Source: Octopus vulgaris
Lineage: Eukaryota
DNA: 64,000 nucleotides
Direction: 5' to 3'
Assembly (NCBI GenBank): GCA_951406725.2
Contig: OX597823.1
Coordinates: 103,354,001-103,418,000 of the forward strand
The notes beneath the pieces are model-generated. The model was not told where the DNA came from and did not search any database. It saw nothing but the letters and a program-made list of their open reading frames with translations. This document shows positions 13,567 to 27,077 of this stretch, piece after piece. Position 1 is the first letter of the stretch; the number at the start of each line of letters is the position of its first letter. Both the position numbers and the translations under genes were made by a program.

Positions 13567-13959
13567 TAGCAGTAACGCCCGGCGTTGCTCGGGTTTGTTT
13601 CGACCCTTTAGAATTGAAATTTTTGAAAAGTAAAAATTTCGCATTATGTAGCTTGTTATTCTCTTTAAGTGAACATTTTCCTGGTTGAAATACACCGAAA
13701 AATGGTGACACAGCAGTAAAAATATCATAAAAAATAGGGATTTTCATAGAAAAAAAAAGCACCTTTTTGATGTAAATAATGTTTGGTGTTAACATTGTCC
13801 GATTTGAATTTTTTCTTCTATGGAAGGAAGGGCAAGCCTTCTTCTATCATACACTCAATTTTGGTTAACTTGCTCCGCAGGGTCTCGGAGGAGATAGTGT
13901 TAGTTGAAGACTACCAAATCTGCAATACACAGACAACTTCAGCTTTATATATAGAGAGA
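13566..13959 (-). mobile_element. Complete non-autonomous Helitron (394 bp)
   Basis: Minus strand begins TCTCTCTATATATAAAG and ends with the hairpin CCCGAGCAACGCCGGG, then CGTTACTG, then CTAG. Inserted between host A and T with no TSD: canonical Helitron termini. Confidence 0.9.
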
Positions 13960-14325
13960 TGCATTTAGTGTATGTGATTTTTAGGAGTAGATGCATGAGT
14001 CGTGCGAGCCTGGTCAGCCATCAGAGATCTCACAGGAATCGACCCATGGTAAATTGTGATATGGCTATTGTTCACAACAGAACATGTGCAACATGTGGAA
14101 AGACGTGCCCCTCAGTTGGAGGATTGAAAAGCCACATCAAAAGAGTTCATACAGTGGAACCTGTTTTTTTCTGCCAGCCAGCACAGCTGTGCATTATGTA
14201 ATGGAATGTGCAAAACTTTCACCAGTCTCAAGAGTCATGCAAGGGCCTCACAATGCTTCGACATTGACTCTTTTAAATGATTCTTTCTAGCAATGGCATT
14301 GACCGTTTTCAAGAAAGCAGCTAAG
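13960..14325 (+). mobile_element. RTE-type LINE 3' end with C-terminal C2H2-like zinc fingers
   Basis: Peptides CMSRASLVSHQRSH, CATCGKTCPSVGGLKSHIKRVH and CALCNGMCKTFTSLKSHAR. The 3' motif GCAATGGC..GCAGCTAA resembles the ends at 33121-33157 and is followed by a microsatellite tail. 5' side bounded by the Helitron. Confidence 0.6.
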
Positions 14326-14346
14326 ATATATATATATATATATACT

Positions 14347-14394
<48 letters not shown>

Positions 14395-14603
14395 TACTCT
14401 TTTACTCTTTTACTTGTTTCAGTCAGTTGACTGCGGCCATGCTGGAGCACCGCTTTTAATCGAGCAACTCGACCCCAGGGCTTATTCTTTTGTAAGCCCA
14501 GTACTTATTCTATCGATCTCTTTTGCCGAACCGCTAAGTAACGGGGACGTAAACACACCAGCATCGGTTGTCAAGCAATGCTTGGGGGACAAACACAGAC
14601 ACA

Positions 14604-14661
<58 letters not shown>

Positions 14662-14825
14662 CATATATACGACAGGCTTCTTTCAGTTTCCGTCTACCAA
14701 ATCCACTCACAAGACATTGGTCGGCCCGAGGTTATAGTAGAAGACATTTGCCCAAAGTGCCACGCAGTGGGAATGAACCCGGAACCATGTGGTCGGTAAA
14801 CAATCTATTTACCACACAGCTACTC

Positions 14826-14828
<3 letters not shown>
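14395..14828 (-). mobile_element. tRNA-derived SINE family B, full length
   Basis: Reverse complement of the 51171-51545 copy, with internal (CA)/(TA) microsatellite and an AAGAGTAA-type tail. Confidence 0.85.
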
Positions 14829-14883
<55 letters not shown>

Positions 14884-14977
14884 AAAATAAGCAACAAGGA
14901 TATCACCCTATTTGATTTATATGGATAATACCATACAAAATTCTGGTGCCTTTAACTTATGTACCATATTCATCTGA

Positions 14978-15083
<106 letters not shown>

Positions 15084-15085
15084 AC

Positions 15086-15131
<46 letters not shown>

Positions 15132-16478
15132 TCACAGACGTACATGCATACGCATATAAATTAACGTATCTATAGTCCAATATGCATGTATAGATACATA
15201 CACATACATGTATGTAGACATTTATTTATACAGCCGTATTTGAATGAATAGAATGTATACCAAAATGTGTTGATTAAATTCTTTTAATAAGTCTTCATGT
15301 GCACCAGTTCAGTGAGACCGAAACTGAATTCTTTATTTAATGAAATTTGTTTAGCGAGGATCAGGTTTCGGTGCGAATGTTGGTTCTGTGTTTTCTACCG
15401 AAAACTCGAAACTATTTTGCCGACGACACCCGCAGCCATTCTCCATATATATTTTTGTATTTTTTAGTATTCATAAATACGCACGCACACACACACACAC
15501 TCACACACACACATATGCACACACACACACATGTAAACACACATGCACACACATGTACACACACATGCACACACACATGTACACACGCATGCACACACAT
15601 GCACACACACATGCACACACATGCACACACACATGCACACACACATGCACACACACATGCACACACACATGTACACACGCATGCACACACACACACACAC
15701 ACATGCACACACATGTACACACACATGCACACACACATGCACATACACATACATGCAAACACACATGTACACACACATGCACACATACATGTACACACAC
15801 ATGCACACACACATTAGTACGCACTCACACGCACATATACATCCACATGTGAGCGCACATACACACACACGCAAAAGCACATACACACACATATATATCT
15901 GCGTAACTGTAGTCACCAGCTTGTTACTCAATACTGACTGCAGATATTCTTATTCCGCCCACTTTGTCATTCCGATATCTGCCAGCGCCGCCTCACTAGT
16001 ATGAGACTGTAATCAAAGTAATTCGGGGCATGTGAATGATGGAAAAAATGACTTACCGAAGCCCTCCGCTCCCCCTGGAGCATCGGTCATCGACAACTTT
16101 TCTCCACCGTTCTCGACTCAATCATTTATGCATCTCTCCTCTCCCAGGTCTTGCTGGTTTTGAATTATCATCGATGCTTTTGGAATTTCGCTATTTTTCT
16201 AGGTAGGGGTATTGTCTCTACGAAATTCCAGTTTTACTTCTTGGAAGAGATGGTCTATATTAGTCTGGCCTCTATGCTATCCAGTCCAGCATGTGAGGTT
16301 CTACCTGGAGCTTGCAGAGACCTTGAAGGTAAAAAAAACAACCCATACGACAACGAGAGCTGGAGCTCGTGGTGGGATAATTATGCTAGAAAGTAAAAAT
16401 TCGGAGATTTTCAAAGGGTGGAGGGAATGGTGACAATAGGGATCAACTTTTGTGTTCTTGGCTTTGGATGAAAGAAAA

Positions 16479-16620
16479 TACAGGAGGGTCAGTTCATTAC
16501 GATTTTATTCAACATATTCCCCCCTCAGGTCCACACGCTTATTGTAGGGGTCATTCAGTCATTTTTAAGCCCTGTAAAAGAACTCGGAAGGTTGGGTCTT
16601 AAAGCCAGGAACTTTCCAGT
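16479..16620 (-). mobile_element. Mariner-like transposon 3' end fragment
   Basis: Minus strand encodes ..NKRVDLRGEYVE*, resembling the mariner C-terminus KC...GEYVE, followed by a TIR-like end at TA. Confidence 0.45.
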
Positions 16621-17952
16621 GCTCCCTCGTGTTGTAATAAAAAAAAAGAAAAAAGAAAAAGAAAGATCAACGAATAACTGAAACCAGGGAGCCTCACTAA
16701 ATCGCAAACGATCGATTGGTATGGAAAACGAGAATGATTCTTCGAACAAAACAAACTGGTCAATTCCAAACCAAAAGGATTTTTATCAAAAAATTGATGA
16801 TGATGATAACAACAACAACAACGATGATGATGATGATGATGATAATAATAATAATAATAATAACAATAATAATAATAATAACCAAAAAAAAAAAAACGAA
16901 GTCAATGCAGTACCAAAAACAACGGAAGCGGAATTTTTAGGGAAGACTACGGGCAGCGAAGGCAGTATCACAAAAAATTTGTTCAAAATAACGTTCACAT
17001 CTGAATAATGGTAGAAAACTGTAACAAGAGAAATAGCTAGAAAAAGGCAAAGACTAAGAATTGAAAGGAATCAGAACATGGCAAAATTCCAAAGTTCCGA
17101 TTATTTAATGGGGACATATAAGGTGTTAACAGAGAAATAGAGAAATTTAGTGAGATACTGACCGATATATAGACAATACATCACTGGCTCTGGAAGGGAA
17201 AGATCTTATCTTAATCTCCATACTAAGTAGCGTTGCTCAAAACTATTGGAATCACTCTACATTCTGTGACACCCGTTTATCACAAGAAATTTGTTTAGTT
17301 TATCGAAATTAAGTTATATTAAGAATTAATTAAGTTAAATCATCGTGTACTCAGTTTTAACAAAATTGTGTACAAATACTGTTATTTTTACGCAATAATT
17401 CAATCTATGAATGATAATCTTTTAAAATTTACAAGTAATCAATCAAAAAATAATTTAGTAATGATTATTCCATTAATATGTGTATCATAATGCGAATTAT
17501 TTTTGCTTATAATTATTTCGGTTTCGTACTTTCGCTGTTATCGACTACATCATAAATCCAGTTTTAAAAATTATTATGGTAATTTATTATAGCAGTGTGA
17601 AATATGCTTTTTTTTTATATACTTTGGTATGAAGAGTGTTATCATGAATTTACTTATTTGAAGTTAAAAATAATATCTTGTACATTTTCAAATTTCTATA
17701 TTAAGAACTCGGTTTGATAATTATCGTCACATCGATTTTCACACAGGAGTCTCTTTTCGTTTTAAGATGCCACAGAATGCACAACATATAGGGATTCCAA
17801 TATTTTTGAGCAACAATGCTAGCCCCATACTTTTTAGGGTTTATTATTCTATAACCCTTTTGAGCGTGCACATTTTTCAATTCTAGCACACACACACACA
17901 CACACACACATTTTTCAATTCTAACACATGCACAAACACACACACATATATT

Positions 17953-18182
17953 ATTTCTTTACTGCCCACAAGGGGCGACACACAGAGAGGACAAACAAGG
18001 ACAGGCAAACGGATTAAGCCGATTATATCGACCCTAGTCTGTAACTGGTACTTATTTAATCGACCCCGAAAGGATGAAAGGCAAAGTCGACCTCGGCGGA
18101 ATTTGAACTCAGAACGTAGCGGCAGACAAAATACCGCCAGGCATTTCGCCCGGCGTGCTACCGATTCTGCCAGCTAGCCGCC
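17953..18182 (-). mobile_element. tRNA-derived SINE family A
   Basis: Minus strand GGCGGC.AGCTGGCAGAATCG..GAGTTCAAATTCC (B box)..CCTTTCATCCTTTCGGGGTCGAT..TAAAGAAAT. Other copies at 25109, 29167 and 29438. Confidence 0.85.
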
Positions 18183-18190
18183 TTAACACT

Positions 18191-18261
<71 letters not shown>

Positions 18262-18267
<6 letters not shown>

Positions 18268-20307
18268 AATCCAAACGGGAAACAAAAAAACAACAACAAG
18301 GGAACAATTACAGTATTATTATTAATAGGCGCTCAGGAAATGGAAGCAGGGAGGTATGACGTTTCGAGCGGAGCTCTTCGTCGGAAACATAAAGAAGGAA
18401 GAGAGAGGAAAGAAAGATCCCGGAGCGGGCAACGGAGATAGAGAAAAAAACGGCTGGTGTTAGGAGTAGCACATGGTGAAAGGCGGATGTTTACGATAAC
18501 AAGAGCAAAGTGGGTTTTTAAAGGCAAAAGAGTGGAGACAAGGTTGGTAACGCAACAGATGTGTGTGTATGTGTGAGTGTGTGCGTGTGCGTGTGTGTAT
18601 GTGTGTGTGTGAGGCGAGGTAAAAAAACAAAAAATATATGTATGTGTTAGTGTGTGCGTCTGTGTGTAGGCGTGTGAGGTAGGGCGAGACGGTGGTCAGC
18701 ATAGCAGCAGCATAGCAGACAAAGGTCAGTAGTGAGAAAAGGGAGGAAGGAGGAAGGGAGGGAGGGGAAGGGGTGGGGGCGTATGTAGCGTGCCAGCGTG
18801 TGTTGAGTAGTAGTGTGTGTGTGTGTCCAGTGTCGTGGTAGTATTAGTGGCGAGTAGATTGAATGTGTGTAAGAGTGATGTATATGTTTAAGCAATGTGT
18901 GTATATGTGTGCGCGTATGTGTAACGAAAAAAAGGGGGGGGGGGTTAGGAAAAGGACTCCAGCGGAGGGGAAGATGGAAGAGTGGTCCCGCGGAGACGGG
19001 CGTGGGAAAACCCAACGACAAGCGACATCCCAGGAACGGGCGGGAGGTCTCGTCGGGTCCAAGGGCGAGGTGCATGCGGGGCGCATGCGTGCGCGAACCG
19101 GCGCAAACGCGTGTGTGCGCGAGCCTGCGAGTGTGCGCGTACGTATGTGTGCGTGTGGATGTGTGTGTGTGTCTGTGTGTATGTCTGGGTGGCAGTGTGT
19201 CCGATGAATGTATGTGAGTATGTGTGTATATATGTGTGTGCATAGATGTATGTCCGTGTGTGTGTGTGTGTGTGTATGTGTGTATGAGTGTGTATGTATG
19301 TACGTGTGGGTGTGGGGAAGTGTGTGTATGTGCATGTGTGTGCGCGAACATACAGGTGTGTGAGTGAGTGCGTGTGTGTGTATGTATGTGTGAGTGTGTA
19401 TGTATGTGTGTGTAGGATGCATGTATGTGTATGGGTGTATGTATGCGTGTGTGTATGTATGTATGTGTACGTGCGTGTGTGTGTGTGTATGCGTGTAGGT
19501 GTGCGCGTGTGCATGCGTGCATGTATGTGCGTATGTGTGTGTGTGTGCATGTGTGTGGGTATATATGTGTGTGCGTATATGTGTGTGTATGTGCGTACAT
19601 GTGTGTGTGTGTGCATGTGTGTGTGTAGGTGTGTAGGCGTGTGTGTATAGGTGTATGTATGTAAGTATGTATAGGTGTGTCCGTGTATGTGTGTATGTAT
19701 GTGTGTGTATGTAGCTGTGTGGGCGTGTGTATATGTGTGTGTATGTAGGTGTGTAGGCGTGTGTATATAGGTGTATGTATGTATGTCTGGGTGTGTCCGT
19801 GCATGTTTGTGTGTGTGTGTGTGTATGCATGTGTATGTAGGTGTGTGTGTACGTGTGTAATGTATGTGTGTATGCGTGTGTATGCGTGCGTGTGTGTATG
19901 TAGGTGCGTGTGTATGTGTGTGGGAGTGTAGGTGTGTGTGTGCGTGTGCGTGTTTATGTTGGTGTGTGCGTATGTGAGTGTGAGTGTATGAGTGTTTGTC
20001 ATGCATGTGTGTGCGCGTGCAGGTGAGTGTGTGTGTAAGTATGTGTGTGTGTATGTTTGTGTGAGTGTGTATGTGTGTATGTCTGTGTGTATGTATGTGC
20101 GTATAGGAGTATGTAGGTATGTGTGTGTGTATGTATATGGGTGTGTATGCATGTGTGTGCGCGTGCAGGTGAGTGTGTGTGTAAGTATGTGTGTGTGTAT
20201 GTTTGTGTGAGTGTGTATGTGTGTATGTCTGTGTGTATGTATGTGCGTATAGGAGTATGTAGGTATGTGTGTGTGTATGTATATGGGTGTATGTATGTAT
20301 GTGTGTG

Positions 20308-20315
<8 letters not shown>
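18262..20315 (-). mobile_element. Putative PLE-derived element: minimal HHR (18353-18388) near the 3' end, long degenerate CA-rich body
   Basis: Minus strand GTTT-CCGACGA-a GAGC TCC GCTC-GAAA-CG-TC-ATAC. The 3' part is homologous to 58900-59118. Bounded by (TA)n at both ends. 5' extent uncertain. Confidence 0.55.
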
Positions 20316-20350
<35 letters not shown>

Positions 20351-21118
20351 TTAAAACACACATATTTGTGTGTGTATGTCTGTGTGTCTTTGTGTCTGTA
20401 TTTGTTCCTCTATCACCTGACAATCAGTGTTGGTTTGTTTCTGTCCCCGTAATTAAGTGGTTCTGCGACAGAAGCCCATACAGTAAGTACCAGGCTTAAA
20501 AAAAAATTAAGTACTTGATTAGATTTGTTCGAATGAAACCGTTCGCGGCGAGGCCCATGCATGGCCATAGTTCAATGACTGATACAAATAAAAGTTAAAA
20601 AGGAAGTGGGAAATTAGAACTGTGTAAAGCTTTCCCAGTGGCTCACAGAGGAATGTATATTGATGGTGTTGTTAAGTCACCCTCTACAGGTCTGTCATGG
20701 TTGGATAGTTCTGAGACCAAAGGCATTCTATTCATTACGATCCCATCATTATCTCAGGAACTGCATTATCTACTCTGCCCTTGCCTTTTCATGATGGTAA
20801 TGTGCTGTTTAGCTAGTGTTTCTAGTAGGTCAGCCAAATACTGTAGAGTCATCAGAGATTTATAGAAAAAATTCATAAAATATTGTATCGGTTACACAAG
20901 CACACTGAGATGAAATCTCAACAAATATTACACATACACATGCAGGCACGCGCACACACACCCCACGCACGCACACACACACACACATACATACACGCAC
21001 ACACACACATACACAACTATCCATTTATACATAGGAGTGTGTGTATGTAGGGTGAATGTTCGATAAGTTCCTGTTTGTCATATATGTTCCCGAATTTAAT
21101 ATCAACAGTCAAATTTCA

Positions 21119-21159
<41 letters not shown>

Positions 21160-21161
<2 letters not shown>

Positions 21162-22395
21162 GGCATGCAGGAAGTAAATAAACACCTTTAATTTTCAAAA
21201 TTTCTTATTTAATACGCAAAGCGAACAATTGAAATGTAATGGATAGGTAGGACTACATACTTTAGTATTTAATTGACCTTCCCTTTGCAGTTTTCATTGG
21301 CATTCAACTGATGAGTTTTGTGATTGTCTCTTGTGGAATTTCTGCCCGCTTTTCACGCAACAATCGAAACAATTCATCTTTAGATTTAGGTTTCTGTCGA
21401 GTTTTTCGTATAGCTCTATCTAGTATGCTCCAAAGATTTGCAATTGGGTTCATGTCAGGAGATTGGCTCGGCCAAGGAAGCTTTCTGATCCCATTTTCAG
21501 CCAGCCATTGTTGATTCCTTTTCGCTGTGTGGTGTGGAGCCCCATCTTCCATGAATAAAAACTCATTTTTCGTTATGTTATCGTGTGAATACATCGGAAG
21601 TATTCCTTGTTTAAGTATTTCGATGTATTTTTCAGATTTTATGGTTCCAACACATTCGATCAGCTCAGAACGACCATTGATGGTGACAGCTCCCTGTACC
21701 ATTACAGAGGTACCGCCATGTTCCACAGTTGGTTGGAGTCGTTTCAAATCAAATTCTTGATTGGGAAGCCTCCAGACCCAAACACCTCCACTGTCTGAAT
21801 ATGATGTGAATCTGGATTCATCTGAGAAAATTACTCTGTCTCAAAATGAACTGGATTTTTCTGACATCTCCTTAGCCTATTTCTTTCTTTTCATGATATT
21901 AATTGGTTGAAAGAGAGGTTTTCTAGCTGCTCGTCCATAACACCCAAGCTTATGCAGATATGTAACACGTTCTTGGACTAACTTCTAGCTATTTTGCAAT
22001 GTCAGAAGCCTTCGAACTGGGTTCATTTTCCACAATTCACTTCAAACAGCGAGGCTTCCTTTCCGAGGGCCCAGGTCGGCCGGGACGAGAATCTGTTGTT
22101 TCTTTTCCTTGGCGTTTGAATTGCACTCTAATTCTATTAAGAGGAATTTGAAAATTTTCGGCAATTTTTTGCTGGCTAGGATCAGTCTCAGATTGCCCAA
22201 TAATACGACTTCTTTGAAAATCTGACCGTTCTACTGAATTTTTTGTGCGTGGCATGGTTACTCTTCGCAAATGTTTAATATAATGGCACCTGGAATGAAA
22301 ATGAATAATTACATTGTAAATTCTACACCACTGAAAACATATTAAGATGCTTAGGTTAGAAAGTTTGAAAATTAAACGTGTCTATTTACTTCCTG
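21160..22395 (-). mobile_element. Full-length Tc1-family DNA transposon (decayed)
   Basis: TIRs CAGGAAGTAAATA(A/G)ACAC.TTTAATTTTCAAA at both ends, TA flanks, about 1.24 kb. Confidence 0.92.
21262..22255 (-). pseudogene. Tc1 (DD34E-type) transposase pseudogene
   Basis: HTH region MPRTKNS..SQQKIAE. Catalytic motifs FSDES, FMEDGAPHH and WPSQSPDMNPIANLW (catalytic E replaced by A). C-terminus GRSIKY*. Stops and frameshifts present. Confidence 0.9.
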
Positions 22396-23660
22396 TATAT
22401 ATATATACATATATTACAGTACACACACACATATATTAACAAAGTATGTGTGCGTGTGTGTGTATGTGTATGTGTGTTTATGTGTGTTTATGTGTGTGTG
22501 CGTGTGTGGTGTGTGTGTGTGTGTGTGTATCTCAACAACACTCTGTATAGAAGTTTTCGGTTAAGTGAGAATGTAAAGTGAACTTTATGGGTAAGTCTTT
22601 CAGCAAACTCATTTTCCTTTAAGGTTTTCCTTCCCGCGGACAGTAAGAGAGATTAATCAGACTAGTTTCAACATTTATTAACACCAAATCTGCGACTGGT
22701 TACTTATTTTCTAATCACAGAAAAACTATTTGCTTATAGCTGTTTAGAGTATACTCCATATAGTCTAACTCAGACAAAACTTAATTGGACAGTGGAATTT
22801 GGATAATATTGCAATCACTGGCAACAGCAATTATTTATTAATCAATAATTTCTTACTTAGGCACATGGGTAAAAAAAAAAAAGAATAGAGCGGGGAGTAG
22901 GTTAGCCGATTAAATCGACATTAGTATTTGGTATACATCGGGAAGATGGAAGAAATTAGCGGTTCGGCAAAAAAGAGTCCGGTAGAATAAGTACCAGCCT
23001 TGAAAAATATGTCCTGGGTTCGATTTATTCGACAAACCCTTCAAGACAGTGCGATGGCTTAGCCGGAGTGGAATGATTGAAAGAAGTAAAAGATAAAACA
23101 TAAAACATACATATACACATACATACATTCATACATACATAACACACACACACACACACACATGCACGCACGCACACATACACACACACACACGCGCACG
23201 CACACACTCACACACACACATGCACGCACACACACAAACACATACACACACATGCACGCACACACACATACACACACACATGCACGCACACACACACACA
23301 TACACACACACATGCACGCACACACACACACACGCACGCACGCACACACTCACACACACACATACACACACATACACACACATGCACGCGCACACAAACA
23401 CACACACACACACACACACACGCATGCACACACTCACACACACATGCACGCACACACACACATACACACACACATGCACGCACACACACACATACACACA
23501 CACACACGCACACACACACATACACACACACATGCACGCACACACACACATACACACACACATACACACACACACGCACGCACGCACACACTCACACACA
23601 CACACGCACACACACACATACACACACACATGCACGCACACACACACACACGCACGCACA

Positions 23661-23708
<48 letters not shown>

Positions 23709-23944
23709 GCTTGTTTCAATTGAAGGGATTTAGTCGAACAAACCAACCTCAGAACTTATTTTTTAAAGCCTATTACTTGCTCTATCGGCCTCTTTTGCTG
23801 AACCGCTACATTACGGGGATGTAAACACACCAACACCGATTGTCAAGGAGTGGTGGGGGACTAACACAGACATAAAGACACACACATGCGTGCGCACAAA
23901 CACACGCACACATATATGTATATATATATATATGTATCTCTTTT

Positions 23945-24320
23945 TTTTTTTACTTGTTTCAGTCATTTTGACTGCGGCCATGCTGGTGCACCGCCTTTAA
24001 TCGAGCAACCCGACCCCGGGACTTATTCTTTGTAAACCCAGTACTTATTCTATCGGTCTTTTGCCGAACCGCTAAGTGACGGGGATGTATATATATATAT
24101 ATGTCGCTGATTAGCTCCAAGAGGCCTCGTGGAGCTAATCAGCGACAGCTTTAGTCTTATATTTATAAGACTACCATAACTATGGCGATAACTATTGATT
24201 TCCAGTAACGCTGCCGTAATCTCTTTTAGAGAGACTTGACAAATTAAACTTAAATGTTGAAGTGAATCGAACGGCTTTTGTGTGTTTCTTAAATGGCTTA
24301 TAAACACCTTCCACGCTGCA

Positions 24321-24357
<37 letters not shown>

Positions 24358-24480
24358 AAATGTACATATACGACGGGCTTCTTTCAGTTACCGTATCCGA
24401 ACTCCACTCACAAACTTTGGCTATAGACTGAACCCGGAACCATATTGTTGAGAAGCAAGCGCCTTATCACACAGCCATAT
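23945..24480 (-). mobile_element. SINE family B interrupted by a (TA)n-flanked insert (24102-24324)
   Basis: 3' part 23945-24088 and 5' part 24368-24480 match family B. The intervening sequence starts with an 18-bp hairpin. Confidence 0.75.
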
Positions 24481-24802
24481 GTATGCATGTATGTATGTAT
24501 GTATGTATGTATGTATGTATGTATGTATGTATGTATGTATGTATGTATGTATGTATGTATGTATGTATGTATGTATACATATATGTATGTTTACATGTAT
24601 GTATGTATGTATAAATGCATGTATGTATGCATGCATGTATGCATGCATGTATGTATGTATGCGTGTATGAATGTATATAAGTGGACATGTATGCGCGCGC
24701 ATACGCACATAGACTTCCTCAGACACCATTATGAAAGTGTAATTATTACTAGTCAGACAAGATTCTTTGTTCCAGTACAGGAAGAATTATATAGTTTTAT
24801 GT

Positions 24803-25082
24803 TTGTTGTTTGTTCCTTCCCGAGCCATGCCTGGCTCATAAGGGCCGGTTTCTCGGTTTCCTTGGCGTGTAGGTTCCCCACCTGGACGGGACACCGGTCC
24901 GTCGCAGGTGAGCTGCATGATGCATGAGGTAAGAGTGAGAGAAATTTGTGGCGAAAGAGTCGAGCTGCGTGGAGCGTAGGTGTTTCGCTCATAAACATAC
25001 ACATCGCTCGGTCTGAGATTCGAACCCGCGAACCCTCGACCGCGAGTCCGTTGCTCTAACCACTAGGTCATGCGCCTCCACA
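24803..25082 (-). mobile_element. tRNA-derived SINE family C
   Basis: Minus strand TGGAGGCGCATGACCTAGTGGTTAGAGC (A box)..GGGTTCGAATCTC (B box). Related head at 46976-47274. Confidence 0.8.
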
Positions 25083-25108
25083 TATAGTTTTATGCAGTTT
25101 GATATTTG

Positions 25109-25337
25109 TTTCTTTATTACCCACAAGGGGCTAAACATAGAGGGGACAAATAAGGACAGACAAACGGATTAAGTCGATTACATCCACCCCAGTGCGTAAC
25201 TGGTACTTAATTTATCGACCTCGAAAGGATGAAAGGCAAAGTCGGCCTCGGCGGAATTTGAACTCAGAACGTAACGGCAGACGAAATACGGCTACACGTT
25301 TTGACCGGCGTGCTAACGGTTCTGCCACCTCGCCGCC
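25109..25337 (-). mobile_element. SINE family A
   Basis: Full-length homologue of 17953-18182. Confidence 0.85.
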
Positions 25338-25825
25338 TATGCAGTTTGGTATTGTCGAGCTACTGCTTCTGTTGTTATTATTGTCGTTGTTGTTATTGTC
25401 ACAAACATCGCCGTTTCTCTAGCAATTACAGCCGCGTCAGTAATGGAACCGTCAGCATTACCCCGGTCACCATGATGATGATGATGATGATAATAATGAC
25501 CACCATCAACAACACAAATACCGACAGAGTCAATGATACTGGCTGGAACAATAAAAAAAGGCACAATAACAACAACAGCAATCGTAAATGATTAGCAATG
25601 TTAAGTCTGTCTTCATTTGTAATGAATACAAGACAGAAGTAAATTAAATTGAGATTAATGGAGGCTAGATAGGCATATAGATAGATATGAATAATTGGCT
25701 AAGTCTATAGGTAGCTTGACAGATAAATAGATATAGATAAATAACTTGCTAGATAGATACATATAGAAATGGGGGTATAAAGATACATATATGGCCAGCA
25801 TACATACATATATATGTATGTAGTA

Positions 25826-26357
<532 letters not shown>

Positions 26358-27032
26358 TTAAACAATGAGGGTGATAAATTGAATATTAATTTAATTAGCA
26401 TCAATTTAAAACCAGTGGCCTTAGCATATAGAAAAATCTGAAAATTCAGAAAAATTGTATTACATGCGTATAAGAAGGGATGACCACTAAGTGGACATCC
26501 ACTATGCTAGAAATGGATCACGTACCATCTAACTACCTACGATCGTAGGGGATCTATTTCTAGCATATTGGATGTCCACTTAGTGGTCTTCCCTTCTTAT
26601 ACGCATATGTGTGTGTGTGTGTTTGTTTGTTTATATTTGTATACACACATCAAAAGAGAGAACGACATATAGATAGATCGCGAGATAAATAAATGGACAG
26701 AGACAGACATGTCGATAATTCATAGATAGACACATATAATCTTAGGCAGCATAATGCTTGTGTGTTTAAGTGAGATATTTAATCAGCAAGAGTGCATAAC
26801 AACTCATCATTTAATTGGTGCTATGACTACGTCTATGTGAATTAAACAAATGGTAAAAATGGACCTTAAATACGCTACATGAAGAAATATATATATTCTT
26901 TGATTAAGTTTATGGATTTGCGTTGCAAGATTCCTGATGTGAAATCGTGTGTTAAAACAGATATTGTTGCATTTCATTCTCCTTTCTTGAGAATGAAATA
27001 AGTGGAGCAAGAACACACACGGAGACGGAAAG

Positions 27033-27077
27033 TGTCGCTGAAGAGGTCACAGATGCGTGACGAAAGATTTCCGGACA
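27033..27077 (+). ncRNA. Minimal type I hammerhead ribozyme (same family as 52903-52944)
   Basis: TGTCG-CTGAAGA-g GTCAC agatgc GTGAC-GAAA-GATT-TC-CGGACA. Canonical core, UUC triplet. Host element about 26890-27135. Confidence 0.7.

Noticed and set aside
13959-14260. Possible host C2H2 zinc-finger gene exon
   Set aside because: No TGEKP linkers, frameshifted, and followed by a retroelement-type 3' end and microsatellite tail. Better explained as a LINE C-terminus.
18647-20423. Long ORFs of 567, 492 and 328 aa rich in H, T and Y
   Set aside because: They are translations of degenerate CA/TG repeats that lack stop codons by composition, with no domain signal. The same applies to the YI-, CV-, HT- and YLSI-rich ORFs throughout the window.
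20805-20862. Minus-strand CTGATGA...GAAA resembling a hammerhead
   Set aside because: No convincing stem I, II or III, so a chance match.
25010-25082. tRNA gene (also 47200-47274)
   Set aside because: The tRNA-like head continues into a SINE body shared between copies, and there is no intact acceptor stem.
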